From: Patescibacteria group bacterium
GTDB lineage: Bacteria > Patescibacteriota > Microgenomatia > UBA1400 > PJMF01
Assembly: GCA_052035325.1 (NCBI GenBank)
Contig: JBPOHR010000003.1
Location: 1 to 60,445 of the forward strand
Direction: 5' to 3'
Length of the DNA: 60,445 nucleotides
A program made the position numbers and the translations under genes. This document shows, one piece after another, positions 44,508 through 52,523 of the stretch. Positions within the stretch are counted from its first letter, which is position 1; each line of letters opens with the position of its first letter. The notes beneath the pieces were generated by a model. It was not told where the DNA came from and ran no database searches. It was given only the letters and a program-made list of their open reading frames with translations.

Positions 44508-45305
44508 TTACTTCGTCACCACGTAGAGCTCCATGAGTGGCACGGTTGCTGTAGCCGTTTTGCCATCTACTGCTGTCTCAAAACTCTGCCATTTCTGACC
44601 GTCCCAACCTTGGATTTTCAGGCTGCCCTCTTCGTTGGCACGCATAGTCAGCTTCACTTGTCCATTGAGGCTTGAGCTAGACGTTAGAGAATATGGATCA
44701 GAAACGGGAGTCCCAGACAAACCAGCAGGATAACCAGCAGTGTTGAAGATCACCAGGTATCGCACGGTTTTCAAACCATCTGACTCGATCTGGAACTTGG
44801 CATCTTTTGAACTAAATGCCGCTTCCTTAGCCTTGTTATCTATGTACTTCCAATCAGACTTCAGGGCATACGCTTCAGCTGCATCGTAGCGAGTAGTAAT
44901 AGAACCACCTCGTACGTCCTCATGGAATGTGCAGGCTCCACCAGCACTACAACTACCAAGTAAAATGGTCTTGCTCGCTGGTAGCGTGCCCAATGTGAGC
45001 TCACCAAAAGCACCTTGCAAGAGTGAACCTGCCTGATACTCAATTTCATACTCAACAGTGCTGGCAGTTTTGGGAACACTCAAAACTTTGAACGTAATGT
45101 TGTGTCCATCTACTTCTGGAACAATCTGCAAATATGGTCGTTCAGCGACTGAAATAGTATTGACAGGAGCAGACTTGCGTTTTTTCTCAGCCACTTTTGC
45201 ATCTTCAGTAGGCTTACCACCACGAGTTGCTAGAAAAACACCCCCGCCGATTACTAGTACAAGAATTACGATAGCACCAATAATAAGCGGGAGTTTTTGC
45301 TTCAT
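44508..45305 (-). CDS. Membrane-anchored extracytoplasmic protein (unknown function)
   Basis: N-terminal TM, Lys-rich linker, beta-rich domain with CSAGGAC; 6 nt downstream of glyQS. Confidence 0.8.
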   Translation of the reverse strand: MKQKLPLIIGAIVILVLVIGGGVFLATRGGKPTEDAKVAEKKRKSAPVNTISVAERPYLQIVPEVDGHNITFKVLSVPKTASTVEYEIEYQAGSLLQGAFGELTLGTLPASKTILLGSCSAGGACTFHEDVRGGSITTRYDAAEAYALKSDWKYIDNKAKEAAFSSKDAKFQIESDGLKTVRYLVIFNTAGYPAGLSGTPVSDPYSLTSSSSLNGQVKLTMRANEEGSLKIQGWDGQKWQSFETAVDGKTATATVPLMELYVVTK

Positions 45306-45311
45306 AGACGT

Positions 45312-46709
45312 TTAGCTTACCATGTTTGCGAGGTAGGGCTCAAGTTCGGTGATGGGCACGCGCTGCTGCTCGGCAGTGTCGCGATTTCGAACAGTCACTG
45401 CTCCATCGGTAAGCGTCTCGAAGTCAATCGTGACGCAGGCAGGTGTACCAATTTCGTCTTGATACAGATATGCCTTACCAATGTTCCCCCGATTATCCCA
45501 AGCAGTACGCATGGTGGCGGATAATTGAGTGAAGACTTCTTGTGCCTTAGCCACGAGCTCTGGCTTGTTCTTGAGCAAGGGAATCACCGCCACTCGGTAT
45601 GGGGCCAGTGCCGGATTCAACCTCAGGACAGTGCGTTGTTTGGAGTCGTCGAACCAGTAGGCATCGGTCAGGATCATCAGAAACAACCGATTGATACCAA
45701 CGGCTGGCTCGATGACGTGGGGCAAGAACTTCTCACCCGATTGTGGATCGGTGTACTCGAGGCTTTGGCCCGAGTGATCTTGATGCTGCTTGAGATCGTA
45801 GTTCGTACGATATGCGACACCCCAGAGTTCTTTCCAGCCAAAACTAAAGTTATAATCCAGATCGTAGGTATCTTTACTGTAGTGACTGCGTTCTTTGTCG
45901 GTGTGTTGACGCCAACGCAAGTTCTCTGCCTTGATACCTAGCTGTTGCGTCACAAACTCCCACATGGCATCTTTCCACTTAGCGAGCTCATCTTCCCATT
46001 TAGATTGATTAGGATTGAAAAAGTACTCAATCTCGGCCTGCTCAAACTCAATCGTCCTGAAGACAAACTGCCCCGTAGTGATTTCATTGCGGAAACTACG
46101 TCCAATGTTACCCACCCCAAACGGCAGTTGCACACGAGTGCTGTCGAGAATTTGCTTGAAGTTGGCAAAAATGCCTTGGGCCGTCTCACCGCGGAGGTAG
46201 ACCTTTGACTTCTCACCCGTGACGGTGCCAATAGCTGTTTCAAACAATAAATTAAAACTCTTGGGTGCCGTGACGGGGTTACCATCGGGGCTGAGGATGT
46301 GATGCTCTGAGATAAAAGTAGCCATCTCGTCGATCTTCATATCCTCTACTGATACACCCATTACCTCAGTGTGCTTCGCTAACCAAGCCTCAATTAGATG
46401 ATCTGCCCGATAGCGCTTGTGACTAACCGTATCCTCCACCAACGGATCGCTGAAAGAAGCCACATGGCCAGACGCCACCCAAGTCTCAGGATGTTGGAGA
46501 ATCTGGGTGTCGAGACCAACCATGTCGGTACGACGGTGAATAAAGTGAGTCCACCACAAGTTACGAATATTACGAAGCAATTCAGCACCCAAAGGACCGT
46601 AGTCGTAGGAATTGGCTAACCCGCCATAAATCTGCGAAGTAGGAAATACGAAGCCGCGGCGTTTGGCCAAAGCAACGATGTCATCTAGTTTGACAGAAGT
46701 GTCTGTCAT
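45312..46709 (-). CDS. glyQS: Glycine--tRNA ligase, homodimeric (alpha2) type
   Basis: KRRGFVFP..QIYGG, YDYGPLG, LRGETAQG, FRNEIT, IEFEQAEIE, PHVIEPAVG, RYLYQDEIGTP-like anticodon-binding domain. Confidence 0.97.
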   Translation of the reverse strand: MTDTSVKLDDIVALAKRRGFVFPTSQIYGGLANSYDYGPLGAELLRNIRNLWWTHFIHRRTDMVGLDTQILQHPETWVASGHVASFSDPLVEDTVSHKRYRADHLIEAWLAKHTEVMGVSVEDMKIDEMATFISEHHILSPDGNPVTAPKSFNLLFETAIGTVTGEKSKVYLRGETAQGIFANFKQILDSTRVQLPFGVGNIGRSFRNEITTGQFVFRTIEFEQAEIEYFFNPNQSKWEDELAKWKDAMWEFVTQQLGIKAENLRWRQHTDKERSHYSKDTYDLDYNFSFGWKELWGVAYRTNYDLKQHQDHSGQSLEYTDPQSGEKFLPHVIEPAVGINRLFLMILTDAYWFDDSKQRTVLRLNPALAPYRVAVIPLLKNKPELVAKAQEVFTQLSATMRTAWDNRGNIGKAYLYQDEIGTPACVTIDFETLTDGAVTVRNRDTAEQQRVPITELEPYLANMVS

Positions 46710-46741
46710 AGAACCCTTTCTTGCCTGAGATCAGCGTATAC

Positions 46742-46779
46742 AAAAAAGCCCCAGGCATCAATCATGATTGCCTAGGGAC
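46742..46779 (-). terminator. glyQS leader intrinsic terminator
   Basis: GUCCCUAGGCA-AUCAUGAUUGA-UGCCUGGGGC-UUUUUU; the 5' arm competes with the antiterminator. The SD GAAAGGG lies about 20 nt further downstream, unsequestered. Confidence 0.85.
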
Positions 46780-46898
46780 CCGGTGCCTTGCGGGCTAAGC
46801 AGAGACGTGTGGGCGGTTCCACCCTAGTTCTCACAGAGATCTATCGAAAACTGCGAGCACTTTTGAAAAAATGTGTTAAGACTGGTTGCCAGACCAGT
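46742..46898 (-). ncRNA. T-box riboswitch leader of glyQS with ultrashort Stem I (specifier GGC)
   Basis: Promoter TGA-TATACT (46905-46913); hairpin ACUGGU-CUGGCA-ACCAGU (46881-46898); Stem III CUCGCAG/CUGUGAG; T-box AACUAGGG-UGGAACC-GCCC; antiterminator closed by GGGUCCCU; terminator plus U6. Confidence 0.93.
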
Positions 46899-46941
46899 GT
46901 GTTAAGTATATCACGACAAAGGGACATTCCAGTACGACTAC

Positions 46942-47556
46942 TCATTTTTTTCGTCCAAGCAAGGCAGTTTTATTAGCAATAACTGATTGCTTAAGAAAGA
47001 GCACGTTTTGTCGTATGCTTCTTAATTCTTGAGGCCAAGTGTGATCAGCAGCGATTAGTTGATCCAGTTCACGTAGCAATTCCTGACAATAGGTAAGGGT
47101 TTCAATATAGTCAACACTCGTCACCATTCCCTGCATATCGTTGAGATGTCGTTTTACCAACTCGCGGTATTGAGCTGATCGAGCGGGAATGGCTCGCTTT
47201 CGCTCAAGTTTTCTCTGCATAATGGGATCTATAATGGTTTCTTTCGCCAAAACCGCATCATCTGAGGTCTTATCATGCAAGCTTAATGCCGTTTCCAGTA
47301 AATTGAGCAACCGTCTTTCTCGTTCTGTATCCTGATAGTTGTATAACGTATCTCGTATTTCCCCCAGTATTTCTGCAACCTTTGGCTGGGACTCAAAGAA
47401 GTTGGCAAATCCATAGGCTGGCTCGTCTGAATATGGAAGAGAAGATCTTTTCCTCTCACCCTTAAATAAACTTCTTACAAACGCCACCCACCTCTGCCAC
47501 CTGGTATCTAGGTGGTTGGTACTCTCATTTTTTTGAGGTTCTCTGTCTTTGGGCAT
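46942..47556 (-). CDS. Hypothetical helical protein (204 aa)
   Basis: Long ORF with TGC-TATGTT 8 nt before ATG; charged N-terminus followed by WQRWVAFVRSLF. Confidence 0.75.
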   Translation of the reverse strand: MPKDREPQKNESTNHLDTRWQRWVAFVRSLFKGERKRSSLPYSDEPAYGFANFFESQPKVAEILGEIRDTLYNYQDTERERRLLNLLETALSLHDKTSDDAVLAKETIIDPIMQRKLERKRAIPARSAQYRELVKRHLNDMQGMVTSVDYIETLTYCQELLRELDQLIAADHTWPQELRSIRQNVLFLKQSVIANKTALLGRKK

Positions 47557-47593
47557 ACAGGTTAAACATAGCAGATACTTGTACTATTTTGTA

Positions 47594-48136
47594 TTACAGT
47601 TTCAAATACTCCCAACTCTTCAGCTGCCGATCTGCTAAAGCTGATACGTACTCCGTCAATGAGCTGTACTGCGTTTCCCTCAGTGGTTGATATCCAAGCA
47701 ACTCCACCACTTCCTCAAGTTGCAACAACACTAACCCCGTCGTTGCACCTTCCGAGACAATTTCATCGCGAATTTTCAACACCAAATTAAAGATATCTGC
47801 ATCCTGCAGCTCTGCCACAAATAACGCATCAATCATCTCCAACACCTGCCATAACTGGCGAATCTTTGGTAATCGAGTTTGGATAACGTGACAATCACTA
47901 ATCAGTGTCGCTTGCGTAAGCAAGGACATCGCCCCTTCTTTTACCAACAGCTGACACTTAATGACATTGCCAAGTTCAAGCACTGCCCGCTTGGAAGATT
48001 TGAGATTTCGCGCACCTTTGGCGATGACGGTAATTTTACCCAGTTCTTCGGTCAATAAGGTAACGACACGATCAGCTTCACCCGTACTAACTCGCTTCAA
48101 CACGAGAGCCCGAGTATTGAGCGCTTGGCGACTCAC
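47594..48136 (-). CDS. recO: DNA repair protein RecO (short)
   Basis: ALVLKR...GEADRVVTLLTEELGKI..IAKGAR..KS N-terminal OB fold; SD AAAGG before GTG. Confidence 0.88.
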   Translation of the reverse strand: MSRQALNTRALVLKRVSTGEADRVVTLLTEELGKITVIAKGARNLKSSKRAVLELGNVIKCQLLVKEGAMSLLTQATLISDCHVIQTRLPKIRQLWQVLEMIDALFVAELQDADIFNLVLKIRDEIVSEGATTGLVLLQLEEVVELLGYQPLRETQYSSLTEYVSALADRQLKSWEYLKL

Positions 48137-48145
48137 AGAGCCTTT

Positions 48146-50167
48146 CTAGAAGGCAACTTCTACCATCTGATCTTTGTCCACCAAGACTTCTTCTTCACTA
48201 CCATTGACATCAAGTAATGTCTTGAATGGGCTCACACCACCTTGCTTCCAGAGCTTAATCCGGTAGGTCTTGGTGTCGAGATAAGGCACAGTGTAGGTAA
48301 GACGAATTTTGGCTTGACTGTTTGGTTCCAAGATAAAGAAGCCATCTATCACCGTTGCGTTAATCTCAGAATAGGTCAGTGGCTGCTGTGTAAAGCCTTG
48401 TGCTTCGACCAGCTCAGCACCGGGAGGTAGATACAATCTTGCCCAGTCGCGTAGTGTCGAGTTAAGACACAGTAAGCCGGCTTCAAGATTACAGTTATCA
48501 CCGCGACGATGATTGGTATAAGTGACCTCGACAGTTTTGGTAATTTTACCATTTTCTGGCGCAGAAACAGTCTGCTTCACCTCATAATCAATGAACAAAT
48601 TCGACTTAGCACCACCCAAATTAGCATCGACGATAGCTAAGAAATCTTGATCGGTGGTTGTAGGTGGAATCAGACGACCGCCTGCGTTGATTTGCTCTGC
48701 TGCACGTTGAGCATTTTCATCAAAAAAGTACATTTGGACATTGCGACCAGCGATATTCTTCAAGCCATTCTCAAACAGTAATGGCCACTGTTGGCGAGGT
48801 GCACCATACGCCTTGGTCAAAATGGCACGCATCATGGGCCCTAGAATCCCTTTGCGATCAGTCCGCATGTAGGGAGTTGGCCGAGTAATAATCTCCGACA
48901 GCGCATACACCACTTGAGGACAGTCACACTTGGGATCATTCTCAGCACTGAATGTGCCATATCCTGGTACTTCTACCGGACCTAGCACTTTCAGTAAATC
49001 GATCAACACCTGGGTGTCGATGGCAATGATACCGTCGATATCTTGAGGTTCACCCTTAACCGTTTTATAGTTTTGCAAAAATTGGTCCATCGACACACGG
49101 AAATCAGGCGACGTGTTCATATCACGAAGGTTCCAGTACTTCTCGGTGGTGAGGTAGCGACCAAGTGCATCTGGGATTGGCAAATTCTTGGTGAACTTCT
49201 TGTCGAGTTCATAAATGTCATCAGACTTATCTGGAGTAACTTTGCCATCTTCAACATAAATGACAGAATATGCTGTCAAAAAGCCTCCTGTGGGGCGTAA
49301 CTCATTGTCATTCTGGAAGAGAATAAGATATTTTTTGCGCTCTCCGCGGCCACCAGCAATTGCCGGCATTTGTTCAATGACTGGTCGGTAATCCACCAAG
49401 GTAGTCGCCAGCGTTTTACTCATTTCCTTGGCCTGCACAATGTTCGGGCGGATCGCTTTGCCTTTCAAGGTCTCTGGATAGCGTTTCTCGTTAATTTGAC
49501 CAAGCTCTTTCTGGACGGTATCCAAATCAGCGGAAATTGCATCAAGTTGTGGCGTGACTTTATCGAGTGTCTGGAGAACAACTTTCAGGCGATCTTCTGC
49601 AGTACCACCTGTGAATGTCCCAGCCCCTTCGAAACCCAATACATCCGCATATGGGGTTACTGCTTCAACTGCCTTGAGAGAAGCAGCAATACCAGCATCA
49701 GCAGCATTCAGACCATGAAGACCGTCCTGGTAGTATCCATGCGCAATCGGGATGACGTTGTACAAAGCTAGTTTTGAGTAAGTGCTACGCACTGTTTGTA
49801 GTTTGGACTGGACATCTTTAAGTTGTGCTTCAGTCTGGGGTAGGTTCTGAGCCTTAAAACTGTCATATGCTGCCCGACCAGTCGTCTGGATTTCGGCGGC
49901 TTGAGCCATCATTTGCTGTGCGACGCTGTACGTATAGAAACCTAGCACCACGCCAATCATCAGCAATACCAGGAGCACACCACCTACAATGAGAGAAATC
50001 TTACCCGCCTTCGATTTAAGAAAGCCAAATCGATCACCTAATGACCTTTTGATTGACACCGTCTCCTCTACGACTGGTGTTTCAAGAGTTTCAGGTAACA
50101 CCGACTCATTTGTCTCCAACCAAGTTGGCAAAGAAGTTTCTTCTGGAGATGGAGTGGCAGCAAACAT
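48146..50167 (-). CDS. DUF4012-domain membrane-anchored protein
   Basis: N-terminal TM, helical stalk, YLILFQNDNELRPTGGF, RDMNTSPDF, GIIAIDT, DANLGGAKSN; start 50167 or 50173. Confidence 0.85.
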   Translation of the reverse strand: MFAATPSPEETSLPTWLETNESVLPETLETPVVEETVSIKRSLGDRFGFLKSKAGKISLIVGGVLLVLLMIGVVLGFYTYSVAQQMMAQAAEIQTTGRAAYDSFKAQNLPQTEAQLKDVQSKLQTVRSTYSKLALYNVIPIAHGYYQDGLHGLNAADAGIAASLKAVEAVTPYADVLGFEGAGTFTGGTAEDRLKVVLQTLDKVTPQLDAISADLDTVQKELGQINEKRYPETLKGKAIRPNIVQAKEMSKTLATTLVDYRPVIEQMPAIAGGRGERKKYLILFQNDNELRPTGGFLTAYSVIYVEDGKVTPDKSDDIYELDKKFTKNLPIPDALGRYLTTEKYWNLRDMNTSPDFRVSMDQFLQNYKTVKGEPQDIDGIIAIDTQVLIDLLKVLGPVEVPGYGTFSAENDPKCDCPQVVYALSEIITRPTPYMRTDRKGILGPMMRAILTKAYGAPRQQWPLLFENGLKNIAGRNVQMYFFDENAQRAAEQINAGGRLIPPTTTDQDFLAIVDANLGGAKSNLFIDYEVKQTVSAPENGKITKTVEVTYTNHRRGDNCNLEAGLLCLNSTLRDWARLYLPPGAELVEAQGFTQQPLTYSEINATVIDGFFILEPNSQAKIRLTYTVPYLDTKTYRIKLWKQGGVSPFKTLLDVNGSEEEVLVDKDQMVEVAF

Positions 50168-50220
50168 AGTCATCTAGTATAGCTGATGAATGGCGTATGC
50201 TGCAACTTAGCTTTTAGCTT

Positions 50221-51873
50221 TCACGCTGACAGTAATGATTGCATCTTGTTTAGTAACTTGGGAAGCATATTTATAAAACGGAGGACTTCCGCAGGGCTGA
50301 CTGACTCTACTCCATGTAAGCGAGCAATTTCACCAATACCTGTCACTAGACCATATACAGTTGATTGGCGCTGTTTAAGCCTGGCAACCAGAGTGGCAAT
50401 ATCGGTCATATATTTAACAGTAATTGTCTCAACCTGCTCACCAACCTCTGCGCTCAAATAGTTGAGCAGCTCAGCCATGCGCTGATCTGGCTCAGTGACT
50501 ACGCAGTCTGTGTTTGTTACCTTTTCTAGTCTTAGTTCCGTCTGTGAGGTAAACGTATCTGGACTTGCCTGAAAATCAAAGATGGCAGCAACCAGAACTT
50601 CCGTATCAAGCTGTCCCCAGTTGCCAGTGACAGTTGCCAAAACCGGGTTGCTATTTTGTTTGGTTTTCTCACCCCAGGTTACTGCCTGTACCCGCGACGA
50701 AAAGTTGGTTTGTTCCAAAACACGCAATACCACATATAAAACCGGCATGATCGTTTCGTCTTGATCAAGATTATACTCAGAAGGATGCCGCTTGGTTGAA
50801 ATACTCTCGATACGAATTGTTCCATGTTGGTCAACTTCGATGCGACAGGTGCCTTCCCGGAGCAGCTCCTGACCTCGACGGATCATCTTTTCCTCTGAGG
50901 AGATTGAGTTCGAGGTCTCCCAACAACCCTCAACCTCACCAGGGGGAACCACTTCGTTTGTTCGAAAATCGAGAACTGCCCGTAGGCCATCCGCTGTCAC
51001 CCCACCATACGTGGAAGTACCAGAGGTTGGACCAAGCATGCTCGGTCTTTCAAGAGAAGGACGATACGTCTTTTCCTGGACCTCACGCAAATGGCGACAG
51101 AAATCCATTGCAGCTGTTGCAACACTTTCAATACTTAAAAGGTCGCTTTTGACAGATGCAGCATGCTTTCCGCGATGACCAATTGCCAGAGTTGGCTTTT
51201 CTCCAACTGATTCTAAAGCAATGCATGCGACAGGATGATTAGCGGAAATTAGGCTCAGTAAGGCATCTAGCATAGCTGAACTGCCACGACAACCAAGCTC
51301 TTCATGATCAGTGATATCCACTTGCACAGCCCCTGTTATGGGTATTTCGATTCTGGATAAGGTTGCCAACATGGCAGCGGCGTGTATGGTGTCATCCTGC
51401 ACAGTACGTCCAACTAAGTTTCCAGCTTCGTCGATCGATAAGCTATGATCATTATCTGGAGTAGCAATAGTATCGTGATGCACCATCAGCACGGTGGTTG
51501 GTCCAGTAGTAGGATCACCAAATGTCACCAGAACGTTGAAAGTGTTGGTGCCAGTACGAGGATCAACTGCTTCAATTTTCTCAAGCTTGATATTCCTGCG
51601 CGCAAGATCTTCAGCGTCTTTCGCACCCAGTTGCTGAAGAACTAACTCATAAACCAAATCAGCCTTGTCATTTGCAGCATTCTCTCTAGTGTTGGGGTCG
51701 TTAACTAGTTCATGAAGCTGGAGAAAAATCTCCATCGTGCGTCGAACTAGCTCTTTGAGAGCATCGCTCTCTGCGAGCTCATCACAACCCTGGAGAAATG
51801 ACTCAATTATTGCAGCTGAAGGTGACTCTGCTGTTGCGTCAACTGGTTGTCGGACATTTTCAAGTACATGCAT
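50221..51873 (-). CDS. M20/ArgE/DapE-family metallopeptidase (550 aa)
   Basis: LMVHHDT (HxD), GRTVQDD, TDHEELGCRGS (EE), ALES, C-terminal RLHGVES. Confidence 0.8.
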   Translation of the reverse strand: MHVLENVRQPVDATAESPSAAIIESFLQGCDELAESDALKELVRRTMEIFLQLHELVNDPNTRENAANDKADLVYELVLQQLGAKDAEDLARRNIKLEKIEAVDPRTGTNTFNVLVTFGDPTTGPTTVLMVHHDTIATPDNDHSLSIDEAGNLVGRTVQDDTIHAAAMLATLSRIEIPITGAVQVDITDHEELGCRGSSAMLDALLSLISANHPVACIALESVGEKPTLAIGHRGKHAASVKSDLLSIESVATAAMDFCRHLREVQEKTYRPSLERPSMLGPTSGTSTYGGVTADGLRAVLDFRTNEVVPPGEVEGCWETSNSISSEEKMIRRGQELLREGTCRIEVDQHGTIRIESISTKRHPSEYNLDQDETIMPVLYVVLRVLEQTNFSSRVQAVTWGEKTKQNSNPVLATVTGNWGQLDTEVLVAAIFDFQASPDTFTSQTELRLEKVTNTDCVVTEPDQRMAELLNYLSAEVGEQVETITVKYMTDIATLVARLKQRQSTVYGLVTGIGEIARLHGVESVSPAEVLRFINMLPKLLNKMQSLLSA

Positions 51874-51896
51874 ACATCACAAGTCTAATACATAGA

Positions 51897-52517
51897 CTAC
51901 CACTTGGAAATCATAGCTTTGGGGGTTTTGATTAAAATCTCAATATCCTTCAAGATTGACCGATTGCGCGCATACTCGGCATCCATCTTGGCCCTGATTG
52001 GAAACGGCACCTCGTTGCGCCCACCTGTTTGCCAAGGACCAGTGATCCCAGGCTTAACCGATAAAATATCTTTGATTATTTCTCTAGTTTCCGGATATTT
52101 TTGGCTTTGTTCATCAAGTTCACGACGGACATACGCCCGAGGCCCCACCATACTCATGTCGCCTTTGAGCACATTGTAGATCTGAGGAAACTCGTCTATT
52201 GTCAGAGAACGCAAGGCTTTACCGAGTTTGGTGATGCGAGGATCGTTTTGGATCTTCCAATCACCTTTTTTAAACTCTTCGAGCAGCTTCTTATCTCGTT
52301 TATGCAAGATATCATCGGCATCTTTGACCATGGATCTGAACTTATACAAATAAAATTCTTTACCATCTTTGCCTACCCGTTTGTGATAAAACAAGATCGG
52401 CCACCCCGAATCAAGAAATACCAAAATCGGCACCACAAACCAGAACGGTAAAAAGAGCACAATCAGGCCAAGTGCAACCACAATATCGAGAATACGTTTT
52501 TGCTGTTCGTACTGCAT
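51897..52517 (-). CDS. Initiating phosphoglycosyl transferase (bacterial sugar transferase, small PGT)
   Basis: KRILDIV, LYKFRSM, DPRITKLG..LR...IDEFPQIYNVLKGDMSMVGPR, VKPGITGPWQ. Confidence 0.95.
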   Translation of the reverse strand: MQYEQQKRILDIVVALGLIVLFLPFWFVVPILVFLDSGWPILFYHKRVGKDGKEFYLYKFRSMVKDADDILHKRDKKLLEEFKKGDWKIQNDPRITKLGKALRSLTIDEFPQIYNVLKGDMSMVGPRAYVRRELDEQSQKYPETREIIKDILSVKPGITGPWQTGGRNEVPFPIRAKMDAEYARNRSILKDIEILIKTPKAMISKW

Positions 52518-52523
52518 AGTGCC

